A DNA stretch of 64,000 nucleotides, from assembly GCA_051294375.1 (NCBI GenBank), contig CM119263.1:27859858-27923857 (forward strand). The letters are read 5' to 3'. Source of the DNA: Paraspadella gotoi (Eukaryota > Animalia > Chaetognatha). The position numbers and the translations under genes were made by a program. The notes beneath the pieces are model-generated. The model was given only the letters and a program-made list of their open reading frames with translations, ran no database searches and was not told the origin of the DNA. This document shows positions 12,901-39,624 of the stretch, in pieces; within the stretch, counting starts at the first letter, position 1, and each line of letters starts with the position of its first letter.

Positions 12901-15485
12901 CTCTCTCTCTCTCTCTCTCTCTCTGACTCAATGTTAAGAGAAAAATTTGTCTGATTAATCAAACGCTGATGAAGGCTTATACTTAAAGCCGAAACATGTC
13001 CTATGTAAAAATAAATCGTTGTACATAAACAAATAAACTTTGTCTTTCTCTAAATATTGTTAGAATATTACCAACAAAAATGATTAAATTTTAACTCTAA
13101 GACAAAGTTGGCGAGACTATAGATTAATTGAAATCATCTGCTGCATTTTCTAATCAAGAATCAATATCATTTTTGCTACTTTTAATAAAAAAAATTATGT
13201 CTATTTTTGTCCATTTTGACTTTTGTCTTGAGATTTGAACGCTAAGATCATTGAAGAAAAATTTTTTACTCCGGCTTTTGGGTCCTTATCTTCTTTACCT
13301 CTGAGTTGGTTCATTTGCCGTTAGTCATCTATTGTTTGCCTATGAATTAATTTTTAAATTGACTAGTCAAAAACTTACATTTTTACATTTTATTACAATT
13401 TGTTAAAGGAAAATACTTCAAAATGTCTAAAATTCTAATCAAATATTCCTTATTGTTGGTGCTTCTGGTACCTAAAAAATTAGGGCAAAAAATTTAATAG
13501 TTTTGCTGCAAAAAAAATATTAAGCCTACTTTTAATTTGTGAGGATTTGTGAGGTGCGTTTTATTTAAACTAAAACTCAGTTTTTGACTTATTTTATAAA
13601 TTTAATAGATGAGAAATATACTAAAGTTAACAAATTAAAAAAAACCGCCTTCTTTTATTGAAAGGGGAAGCGTCAGGAAATTAATTTCTCTCAATCAACA
13701 GCTCAATCGTCCACCAAAGAATTGAGTTATGGATAGTATTGAGGGTGAGAACAGTTGTAGGACAGGAGTGACTGACTATGACGAAATAAAATAAAATTTA
13801 ACGCTTATTATGTTGGCGTGAAGAATCAAAATACTTCACACAGAGAGAAAGAGAAAAAGAGAGTCAGAGCAAAAGTTCGAGAAAGAAAGAAAACAAGAAA
13901 AGCAGTGGAAAACAAAAACAAAGTTTAATAATATAGCGTTCCGATTTTTTGCCTAAGCAGTAGTATATCTAAAAAACGCGACAGATCTTACGAGCAATTT
14001 TATCTTTAAAAGTAATAAAGGCTGATACCGTAATTGAAATAATTAACGTGAAAGAAATCATGTCTTACCGTATTTTGAAAGCATAGAAATTCACCCAGTG
14101 AGTTCTATGTTATAAGGAGAAGATAACTAATGCCAACCGTTTTTTTTAAATAAAGAAAGTTTCATATTTATCAGTGGGAAAAAATAATTAATAGTTATTT
14201 AAGTTTAAATTTCAAAGTTGAAAATACCCAAATCAAAATCACTGCCGAAAACATTTACGGTTTCGTTGCTGCCACCGTATCGACGACAACGAAAACGTGT
14301 CATCTTTTTGTCATCTTTTTGTCATCTTTTAAGCAGAGACGTATCGTAAGCAGAGACGACAACGAAAACGTGTCATCTTTTTTACTTCACCTGAATCCTC
14401 GCCTCAGAGATTCCACAGATTTTGGCCATGGTGTCCCGATCAGAATAAGAAGGATATGGATTGTCATCGAAGAAATTCTCCAACATCGCGATCTCGCTCT
14501 CTTTGTAGTTGGTCCGAGCTCGTCGAGAGTTGGAGATGAAACTGTCGCCGCTGCCAGCGTCTCCGACCCAGCCGCCGCCGCCGCCGCTGCCGCTGCCGCC
14601 TCCGCCGCCTCCGCCGCTGCCGCCTCCGCCGCCGCCGCTGCCGCCTCCGCCGCCGCCGCCGCCGCGGCCGCCGCTAATGCCGCCACCACCTGGGTCACTT
14701 TCTCCATTTTCATCTTCGTCGTCGCCGCCCCCGTGGTTGTTTTCGCCGCTGTTTTCGCCTCTGTTTCCCCCGCTAACGACGCCGCAAAAGTTTTCGTCGT
14801 TGTTCATATAAGACGATGAAAAAACGGCATTTTCATTGCTCCATGCATTGGGATTGCGAAAGTCTGTCCGACGATTGTTGGCGCTCGTATCATTGACGGC
14901 GTAGATGACGTCATCGTTACAGAAATTTGACGAAGTCGTTAAACCGGAAACGGCGTCGTCTCTCGGCACCTCGGCCGATCGGGCAAAAGCACCGACGCCG
15001 GATTGTCGGTTCTGGGGCGCCGGGATGTTCCAACCATTCGCTGGCGGTTGAATCGATCCGAGAGGCGATCGTCGCTGCAATTTCGGTGGCGCCGGGACGG
15101 CATCTTTGGGCTGGAAGGGAAGGCGCCGTTTTTTTAGCGTAGGCGCGGACATCTGAGTCACGACCGCCTGCGTCACCGAAGTGGGCGTGTCTGCGGGATG
15201 AAGTGGTAGCGGAAAGACGTTTTGATTTGAGGTTTGATGCGTCGACAGAGAAGACTGATGCGTCGACGTCGATGCTTGTTGCGTCGGCATTGACGGCTGC
15301 TGAGTCGTCATCGACCTTTGATACGTCGGCATTGACGGCTGCTGAGTCGTCATCGACCTTTGATACGTCGGCATTGATGGTTGATGCCTCGACATTGTGG
15401 ATTGGTGCATCAAATGATTACACATCGGTTGATCCATCGGCAAAGAATGAGACGACATGGCAAAAAAATGATTCGATCCAGCCAT
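10609..15485 (-). CDS. PRD-class Q50 homeodomain transcription factor (divergent, DUX/Mix/Sebox-like), 2 exons 15485-14391 and 11433-10609, 639 aa
   Basis: Spliced homeodomain SRRARTNYKESEIAMLENFFDDNPYPSYSDRDTMAKICGISEARIQ|VWFQNRRSRQKRRQ with a phase-0 intron between codons 46 and 47 (diagnostic of the PRD class); exon 2 continues in frame into ORF 10609-11181; acidic/hydrophobic C-terminus. Confidence 0.92.
11634..12234. mobile_element. ~600 bp palindromic non-autonomous DNA transposon with TTAA target duplication (Kolobok/T2-like MITE) in the homeobox intron
   Basis: ttaa|ggcgtagt ... actacgcc|ttaa; arms remain recognisably complementary for ~290 bp (e.g. ttcattaagtgggt / acccacttaatgaa). 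Confidence 0.8.
12361..12440 (-). ncRNA. Type-P5 twister ribozyme-like motif, best-preserved copy; predicted cleavage U12418/A12417
   Basis: GCGGG AA GCGU GA GGA CGGCCG UAA GCC GC CUUGGGGG-loop-CCCUCAAG CCUGG UUCCAAGC CCAGG GA CCCGU: P5, P3, P4, the 8-nt NNNNAAGC loop, T1 (UCC/GGA) and T2 (GC/GC) are all present; P2 is imperfect. Confidence 0.7.
12960..13010 (+). ncRNA. Minimal type-I hammerhead ribozyme core (Penelope-type), stem I decayed
   Basis: CUGAUGA A GGCUU-loop-AAGCC GAA ACAUGU C: intact core, 5-bp stem II, palindromic stem III, GUC site at 13000, followed by AATAAA signals; stem I pairing not evident. Confidence 0.7.
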
Positions 15486-16673
15486 GATTTGTTATTTTCT
15501 TCTTTTTTTTATTATTTTTTTTTCATTCGATGTTTTTTTTTAGATTTCTTGAAAAATTTTGCAATTTCTTGTTTCAAGAGCCGTAAATTGTGGCTCTCTC
15601 TCTCATTGGACGACCGAAAAGATTTCTTTTTTTTCGTTCTCCGTCGAAGGAGGATCGATCGATCGAAGCGTCGATAAAGACGACGATCGGAAAAAAAAAA
15701 GACACAGTCACTTCTTTGAATTTGGGTGGAAAATAAAAAATTAAAGATCGGAAATGGAACGAGGGAGTTTTATGAAGAGGGGAAGATGAGGAGGAGGAGG
15801 TGCGGAGTCGAGTTGTAACCAATATGAATAGAATTGGGGGGAGGAAGAGGAAGAGAAGCAAGGCTGTCTGGGTCGCAGGTTCCATGGACTGTTCTCACTT
15901 ATGGTCAGTGCCCACTGGTCAAATGATCACTGTCCTTCTTCATCATCCTCTTTCTTCACCTCCTCCTCCCCGCCCTCCACTACTCCAGCCGGGGGCTTCC
16001 GTCCGGCAAAACTCGGCCATCGTCTTCCGGCCACTTTTTTTTTTCTCGGCGCCGAAAAACCGAGGACGAAACGAGGAAGACGACGACGACATTTAAAGAA
16101 TCGCGAAGATATGGATGGCGACATTCCGTTAATTGAAAAATTAGAAAAGCGACAAGTTTAAAAAAAAAGTTTCGTTGTGAATATTTTGAGTTAATGAGTC
16201 AATTGTATTTACAATTCAAAATATTGCCTAAAAAATAAATCTTAATCTAATCATACCTCAAAAATTATAAATGAAAAAAAAATTGTTTCGATTGTGCATT
16301 TTACAAATAAAAAAATAATGGTATCATTCGAGATATATTTGGGACGTATTTAAACGAGCGATATCTGTCTCTCTCAGTGTTAATTAATTGTTATTTATTT
16401 GGTTATTAATCAATTAAAACTCAAAATCAAGGGATCAAGGCAAGGAAAGTTTTCAACGAAAATGTTAATAAAAATTAAAGTCTATTACGTAGTAGAATCG
16501 TCTATAAATCAAATCTATGATTTATCTCTCTAGTCCAATACCATTTATTTTTATTTTAAACTTTTTCATAGATCGTAATTCTCGATTGATCCGTGGGAAT
16601 TTCGTGTAGACGTTATTGTTTTATTTTTTGTGTGAGGACACAAAAGTGACTCGGTGATCAAAAGACGACGAAG

Positions 16674-18024
16674 ATGACGACGACGACCAAGACGATGACG
16701 ATGACTCTGACGGGTGCAATCAAGAAAAAATCAAAAGAGACCTCAGACCAGACAAAAGGTGAGTCTCGCGATTTCGGCGGTTGAAATCTTAACTTAACCA
16801 TGAGAATCTACGCCTCAAAACAGACGAATGTCTAGACGGGTTTCACGTCTGGACAGAAGCAACGAAACTCAAAAGATCAAAACTAAAATCGACAGACATT
16901 TAAATCATTTCGTTTCAAGACGCGAGTCAAATCGGCCAATCAGCAACTCAGACCTCCGTCGATTCGCCAATCGGCGTCGTTTATCTTCGTCGATCCTCTG
17001 CGATCGAAAGGGTTTTTCTCCCCAAGGAAGATGGTCAATTTAACCAACATCCGTAGGAGAATTTGTTGTTGTGAATGAAGATGTTTTGATCTTCTTTAAA
17101 GTTGCAGTCGACGTTTGCTCAAAGGTTCGTGCTTCAAATTTTCAACAAGTCATCTTACGGAAACTCTGAATCTCTTTTGCCATCGATAATTCATCTAATT
17201 ATGGCTAATGAGCAATATGTTCGGTTCTATTATCTTTTCTTTTTCTTTTTTTTAAACCCCTTCAATGTATCGGTGAGTAGTAAATTAACCTTAAAGTTTG
17301 ATAGTTAAACTAAGAAAATGTTTTTTGTCTCAGGATATTTCGATAAATTTGTTCATTTAAAACTACGTACATGTACAATAATTGCTTAATTGTCCAAAGT
17401 CAGGGGCAAGATAGCTTATTTATTAAATGAATGGATAATTTTTATATTGGTTGTACCAATTTCATAAATTATTAAATGCTGTTGGTTTCGAGTAAAATGA
17501 TGTCCTAATTCGAGAATAATGGCGAGACACCCTTGTCTCCCTAATCTTACCATCCCCACGATTTCCTGGTCTAGGCCAGCGGCGGGTTCTGCCACGCCCT
17601 CTCAGGCGAATACGGCGCCATCTGCGAGACGCAAGGATGGGATGACGCAGTCGCCTTTGGAAATCCTTCAAGACCGGACGACACCGAGGCGAGTTGACCG
17701 GCGGTTGGGTTAGAGGGTCCCGGGTTCGAGGCCGGATTGGAAAAAAAAAAATTTAACCATTTGTTGTAGGTAAAATATACATTAACACGAATATACGATT
17801 AGTACGTACGACATAGGCAATGTCTACAGAAATTTTTTAACTCTAAATCTTCCCACGCAGCTAACTTACCGAATCCGAATTTATACGGAAGACGCTTACC
17901 ATCCAGTTACGATCTGCTGCCGCGGGTTCGGCGTGGGACCAGAAGGAGAAGTGAGTGATCGGCTTTTATTCGAATTGACCGTCTTTTGTTTTTTGACATT
18001 TTATGGATACTAATGAATGTCTAT

Positions 18025-18075
<51 letters not shown>

Positions 18076-18235
18076 GATGCAGATGCTCGAGATCGGGTGT
18101 GGCCCCCACGTGGAACGCACCGTCTCTTGGCGTCGTGACGGCGTCCCTCAGATTCAGTGCATGTCCTATCTGACTCACCCCGACCCGCATATTGAGACTT
18201 ACTTTTGGGGAACCGTCGTTCGGTGGACCCACTGA
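16674..18235 (+). CDS. Small 4-exon gene (16674-16758, 17057-17124, 17861-17950, 18077-18235), 133 aa, beta-rich protein of unknown family
   Basis: Canonical splice sites; phases 1-0-0 give MTTTTKT...GEFVVVNEDVLIFFKVAVDVCSKLTYRIRIYTEDAYHPVTICCRGFG...RTVSWRRDGVPQIQCMSY...GTVVRWTH*; start codon less certain. Confidence 0.65.
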
Positions 18236-19071
18236 GAACAGACGACCTTTGTGGGCGTTTTGTGGGCGACCACAAAAGAGAAAATTTAAGGACTGATTTT
18301 TGTTTATAAAATGCAAATCTTTGTGACATACTAGTAAATATTTAATAAATCGAGTATCTCTCTACAGAAGAATAACTTTAAAATTCACTGATTAAAAATA
18401 AAATAAAATTTCATTCATGTAATCTTTTAATTTCTATGAATTACAAGATTCGTACATCATTCTTAATGATTTATTCATTCACACGAAATGTGAAAAACAA
18501 AGGAATTTCGCTACAAAAATAAGAGTGCATGAAAAATTAAAAAAAGGAAATGAATCGTATAATGTTATGAGGGATGACGGTATGAGACTTAATGATAGTA
18601 GTATCATAAGTATGATACATCTAAAATGACTACAGTTAGATGAGCATGACGAAGCCTCCGCTAAGAACGATTAATGATAATGATATGACATGTTTTTTTT
18701 TAATCAGATGAAGTTAACTTGAAAGTTAGTAATTTTATAAAACGAGCAGCAGAATTTTTGTTGTACATTACGGACATTTCATTTCGACTTCAGACGCCCA
18801 TCGATTAAGGCATTTATTTATTTTTAAATAATTTATTTAATGATGATTTAGTGATTCGAATGAATTTAAATATTTAATTTCGTCGTGACGCTGAGGCATA
18901 TCATTCTTAGGGAGTAAGTGTTTAAGGCGGCTGATCATAGTTATATACAGTTTTTTTTATAAACTGGACAAATTTGCAGAACACAATTTCGTACAAATAC
19001 TCAGTACTACTCAGTGAATACCAACAATTGTATTTGTTAGTGACGAGATCAACGAATTGAGTCATTTAATC

Positions 19072-19139
<68 letters not shown>

Positions 19140-19571
19140 AAACAAAATTAAAGAGGTGCAGAAGGTTGAGGCTGATTTGGCGAAAGCAAAAGGCAAAAAA
19201 AAAAAAAGCTTATAATTATTTTTTAGAAATAAACGTTATTCCAATAAAAAAAAATTACCGAAATGTTGGGAGCAAAAAATAAGCGAAATAATTAAGGATC
19301 GGAAATAAAGTCGAGTTACATTTTTTGGAAAATGTCAAATTTTGAATACACGAATTTTGCAGACGATATACATATAATTTTTTGGGGGGGAATTTCGTCG
19401 AAAACTGATTGTGAAAAATGTTGGGTTTTTTTTTGTTTGTTTTTTTTTTTTGCCCTAAACAGCGAATCTTTTGACGGATTTTCGATTTGTGTTGCTTATA
19501 TATTTTCAAAGGACAAACAATCCGACGCGAAAATTGTTTACATCACGTGGACTTTTTTGGCCTGAAAAATC

Positions 19572-19735
19572 TTGGGCGGTTGAAACCCGAAGAGTCGAGC
19601 GAGAAGTCCCGGGTTCGGTTCCGCGCTCTGCCTTTTCCGTCGATTCTGAATTTTGCTTCGCCCCTTCTGACCTCTGAACCCTGGAAACAAGGAAGGGGGG
19701 GGAAATCGAGCTTGACGGGCTGAGTGCTTCCGAAT
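19572..19735 (+). mobile_element. Decayed tRNA-derived SINE-like element
   Basis: gtcccgGGTTCGgttccg B-box-like motif followed by a GC-rich structured body; a related gtcccgggttcga motif occurs at ~17717. Confidence 0.4.
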
Positions 19736-20169
19736 TATAAGTTTAGATCATAGGCCCAAATTGGATTAGTTACTTAATAATTTAAAACGAATATATTTTA
19801 AAAAAAGACGCGTTTCAGAGTTTTTATTCAACAATCAACATCCCCCAATATAATCCTTCAATTTATTTCAACTTAAAAACTAGGATTGTTGGTAGGAACG
19901 ACAGGAATCACTGGTTAAGGCACCGAAAGTGGCCTAGAAAGTTAAGGTATCTACTCCTGTCGTTATTACGTTTTTATATTTAACTTTTTTAAATATATAC
20001 ATTATTATTATATATCAATCATCATTCGTCATAGTCAGGTCATTTCATCTATAGCGTCATAAAATTCATCATCTTCAGAAAATTTTTTATCATAATCACC
20101 AATATTTATCATCATTATTGATAATCGTAGGAGATTTATAAAGATTTATAAAGATTTATAAAATGACAT

Positions 20170-20501
20170 TGTGGCGATATATTGACACCGCCTCACGTTC
20201 ACCACCGTCTAAGCCAATACCGTTGGCTAATAGGGGGGGGCTAGGCGTTGTGTTCTATCCACAGTCTAAACGACTTCCCACTGCGTTGGCAAAGCGAGAC
20301 CGTCCTAGGGTAACCGCGCAAGTGACAGGAGGCGTCACAGATGGTCCGAAGCCCCCAAAGCCAACAGTGAGATGGGCATCACAGGCAACCCAGCTGTTGT
20401 CATAATGTACTAGTTACTGTTTTTTTGATTGTGTACGAAATAATTTAAATAAATTAACTAGGTTTTTTTTTCTTCTATTTTAATGTGTTTTCGTATGCTC
20501 A
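20170..20501 (+). mobile_element. Solo-LTR-like element (TG...CA, AATAAA) containing a twister-like fold
   Basis: Starts TGTGGCG with a terminal hairpin, AATAAA at ~20448, ends ...GCTCA; flanks GACAT / GACTT (4/5 match, candidate 5-bp TSD). Confidence 0.5.
20285..20365 (+). ncRNA. Degenerate type-P5 twister ribozyme-like motif
   Basis: GUUGGC AAA GCGA GA CCG UCCUAGGG UAA CCGC GC A [GUGAC/GUCAC] ..GG UCCGAAGC CC.. AAA GCCAAC; perfect P5 and loop 4; mismatches in P2, T1 and outer P4. Confidence 0.6.
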
Positions 20502-20585
20502 GACTTGGTCTATATTCGTTGATTATGATTGTACCGAATCAATCTTGTTCGTATTCGAATAAAATCTGATATCTTCCTCACCTAG

Positions 20586-35619
<15,034 letters not shown>

Positions 35620-36151
35620 CTGCGAAGGTGGGGGTGATGGTGGATTTGATTTATTTGTGAACTGAATTATTTATCTCTAACATCCGTTTAATTAATTTTA
35701 TGTTGTTTATTTCCTTAATGTATGTATATTTATTTAAATATTTTTGTTTAATTATTAATTTACTTATTGTTATTTTTTAATGATTTATTGATATATTTTT
35801 ATTTTTTTGATATATTCAAAAAAGTAAAATTACCGGATATACCAAAACGCACTCAAATAAAAAAGAGGCATAACATAACGGTTCAACATTTAGAAAAAGT
35901 AGTACATCATACATGACAAAAAATTGGTGAAAAATCTGCTTCCATAAATCATCTTCAAATTGAAAAAAAATAAGTTGGAACTCGCGATGTCGATCGATAA
36001 AAAAAAAGCAAAACCAAATCATGGACGAAAACGTCTTCTTTGCCGGGGAAAAATGACATTATCATAAATGACATTATCATAATAATGAGGGTGGAGAGCG
36101 GAAGAAACGCGAGAGAGCTTCGTCTTTTATTCAATCGCGATTTCCCGGGTA

Positions 36152-36259
<108 letters not shown>

Positions 36260-37028
36260 TCCTTTCCAGCGCACGCGCATGACAAGGAAAAGATGTCGTT
36301 AGCATGACACTGACAAAAATTTCGTTAGCATGACGAAATTGCCCGGCGAGAAGAAAATTGGAATTTTGGATAATGGAGGAGGTGAAAGGAGAGAGAGAGA
36401 GAGAGAGAGGGGGGAGAGGGAAAGAGGTAGAGATGGAAGAAGGGATGAAAAAGAGGAGGAAGGGAAAAAGGAAAAAGTGGGAAAAAGGAAAGAATGCAAT
36501 AATGAGTACAAAGTGAGCGAAAAATGATAAGAAAGGGGAAATAAAGGAAAATAAGCTTGGCTATATTTAAGCCAGGTGAGCGGGGGAAAAATGATAGAAA
36601 AAGGGGTGACGCTAGAGAAGCGATAACGGATCAACTAAGAGATGATGTAGTTTTAGAAAAAACATGGAACGAATTTGGGAAAAGGGGGAAGAACATGATG
36701 TGCTTTGGAGAGAGGGGGAAGAAGAAAAAATTAGGTTGGTAGGAAAAGCGTAAAACGAGGACAGGAACGAAATGGGAAAGAAGCTTAAATCGAATGGGAG
36801 GGACTTTATCGGAAAAAGGAAAGAAAAACTGAAAAAAGGAGGAAAAAGTGAGCGAAAAAAAAGGGGAAAAATGGAAAGAAGGGCTGAATGGAAAAAGGTA
36901 GGAAATGGAAAGAAGAGGAGAAAATTTGAAAAAGGGCGGGAAAAGAAGAAGGCTAAAACTAATTTTGTCAACTGGTTCTTAACTGGTGAAGGAAAGGAGG
37001 AGCGAGAGGACGAGAGAGAAGAGAGGAG

Positions 37029-37080
<52 letters not shown>

Positions 37081-37266
37081 AGAGAGAGAGAGAGAAACGT
37101 AAGGCTTAAGCGTCAGGGTGGGAAAGGGTCTTTGCCGTGCACCGGATTAATTTTGCATGAGACGAGAAGAGGTGAAAAAAAGGCGAGAGAGAGTGAAGGA
37201 AGAGGAGAAGGGAGAGGAGAAGAGGGAGAGAGAAGGGGAGAGAGAGAGAGAGAGAGAGAGGAGAGA

Positions 37267-37309
<43 letters not shown>

Positions 37310-37550
37310 GAGAAGAGAGAGAGAGAGAGGAGAGAGAGGAGAGAAGAGAGAGAGAGAGAGTAGAAGATCAGCGATGATATGGTATGAGAGAGAGAGGAGA
37401 GTTGAGAGAGAGAGCGAGACAGAGAGAGGTACGACGTATTCCCGAACGAAGAATGCCTAGATTATAAGAAGAAAGTGCGCATCGGTTATCACGATTCTCT
37501 TCGGGGAATTTTCTTATCTCTTTTACTCGAGTTCCATTTTTATTTGATTT

Positions 37551-37648
<98 letters not shown>

Positions 37649-38939
37649 TTTCTTTGTTCCACTTTTTTCAAAGATGGAATTTTTCATTGCGTCGCTTCCA
37701 CCACTTTATTCCACAAAGAAGAGGTCAAAAATTTAGCCCGGGGTTCTGAAAAGTCGAGGGTTGACAAGATTTGTCACGGTATGACACTTTTTGACACGGT
37801 TTGACATGGCTGACGGATGGTCTGCCTACGTGGGGCGCCGTTGGTAATAATATCACTTTTCATTGCGCCCATCGTAGGGGGTTAGAAACGTAACGGTGTC
37901 ATTTAATCAATTTCTGTTACTTTATGAATGAATTGTATTAAATAGATTAGCGTGAAAACTAATTCTGCTTAGATTACGAAAACACATTTTCAATTTTCAT
38001 CATTCTGTCCGATTCTCTTTGGTTAATATTGATTCGCCTGCTCGAAAATTCAATTGTTTACGAGTTAAGAAAAAAATTTCTAAGGCGTCATTTCTAAGAA
38101 TTATGTTCCCGACCATTTGGTGGAAGAATCGGATGAAGAATCGGAAGAAAAATCGGTACACGAATCGAGGGAAGAATCGGAAGAAGATTCGGAAGAAGAA
38201 TCACAAGATCTTCTTTCTCCTCTGTTTCACTCAATTTCTCTTTTGCCGAAAACTAATGATTCTTTTTCTGTTTTTTTTCTCTTTTCTTCTCGAATTTCGA
38301 TTTGTTTTGAATTTTCTTTTGAAATCGACGACGACGACGACGACGACGACAGCGACGACGAAGATGAAGACGACGACAGGGACGACGAAGATGAAGACGA
38401 CGATTTCTAAGAAGACGACGATTAAAGGAAAGAAATGGGACTGAGGTGGAAGGGAGATCAAGAGGAAGGGAGAGGAATGGAAGGTTAGGAATATCTAGAT
38501 AAATAGATAGATAGATAGATAGATAGATAGATCTGGACTCTGATGGAGATCCTGCAGAAGAGAGAGAGGATGCTTGATTGATATAAAAAGCCTAAAGAAT
38601 AATGAAGGAGGTGAAGACGTCCATACACCCGAAACTTAATCAACCCGCCCGCTCCGTGCGATATCCACCTCACTACTTTTTTGTTATAATAAAATTACCC
38701 CCTCCCTCTCGTCTTCTCTTCTCTTTTTCCGTCTCGTCTCTCTCTCTCTCTATTTCTCTCTTCCACTCTCTTCTCTCATTCTCTCTCGCTCCTCCTCTCT
38801 TCTTCTCTCTCTCTCTCCTCTCTCTCTCTTCTCTCTTCTCTCGTCTTTCTCTCTCACTCTTTTTTTTTTTTTGAAAGCTCCCCTTCCAGACCTTTTCCAA
38901 AAATCCCTCGATGAAAAAGGAGAAATGAATCCGAGTGTC

Positions 38940-38996
38940 GTCACATGATTTCCACCTCCGGAGGTCACGTGATATCACGGAGGCGATCACGTGACC
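38940..38996. promoter_or_regulatory. Cluster of TCACGTGA E-boxes (USF/MiT-TFE type) arranged as an inverted pair; candidate Fas2 promoter element
   Basis: gtcacatga, ggtcacgtgat, atcacgtgacc within 60 bp; GC box at ~39188; ~530 bp upstream of the putative signal-peptide exon. Confidence 0.45.
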
Positions 38997-39522
38997 CCAG
39001 AAGAAGACGTCGCATGAAGCGTGATTTTAAAAACAAAAAAAAAAGTGAGACGAGAAGACAGAAAAACATTCGACGCCTCGAACGACTGTGCGACGGGGGG
39101 CGGAAGGCGGGTTCGGGGAGAATGTGAAATTCATCCTCGTGTTGAGGAGGGGGAGTGAAGATCGGATTGGGTGCCCGAGAATTGAAAGGGGCGGATTAGC
39201 TGTCGGTTTTTAATACGGGGACTGATAAGCGCTGTTGGCGCATGCGAACGCCCGTGTTGGAATTTTAACCTTAACCGTCGCCACGAGAAATTAAATCCGG
39301 CATTTGTTTTTGGGTTGTTAAATGCAACCGAACGACGGGATGGCGAGGTGGATTCCGGAATGCAGGGATTCCGGAATGCAGAAAGCGCAGGTGGATGCCC
39401 AATTTGAGACGAAACGGGCGGAAAGTAATGCTCTCACGAATGAGTGAGCTCTAAACATGCGATTTTGAAGATTTGGTGAGTTCAGTTGGAGATTTAAAAC
39501 TTTGAATTTGATTCTGTTTCCT

Positions 39523-39624
39523 ATGTCGTATGCGGAAGGTAAACATTTGATCTACTTGTTATAAATTGTTTAGTTCATGTTTTCATCTGGACTCTCGCCG
39601 CAGCATAGTAGCAGCGGCAGCCAG
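39523..39624 (+). CDS. Probable signal-peptide first coding exon of the Fas2/NCAM gene on a mis-oriented, error-containing segment
   Basis: Consensus of this copy and its reverse copy at ~55990-56095 reads approximately M...LIYLLYKL..HVFIWTLAAAVAAAA followed by a gtatcg donor; each single copy has frameshifting indels. Confidence 0.45.

Noticed and set aside
38117-38410. Acidic ORF (EESDEES...DDDDD)
   Set aside because: Low-complexity GAC/GAA repeats with no splice or start context
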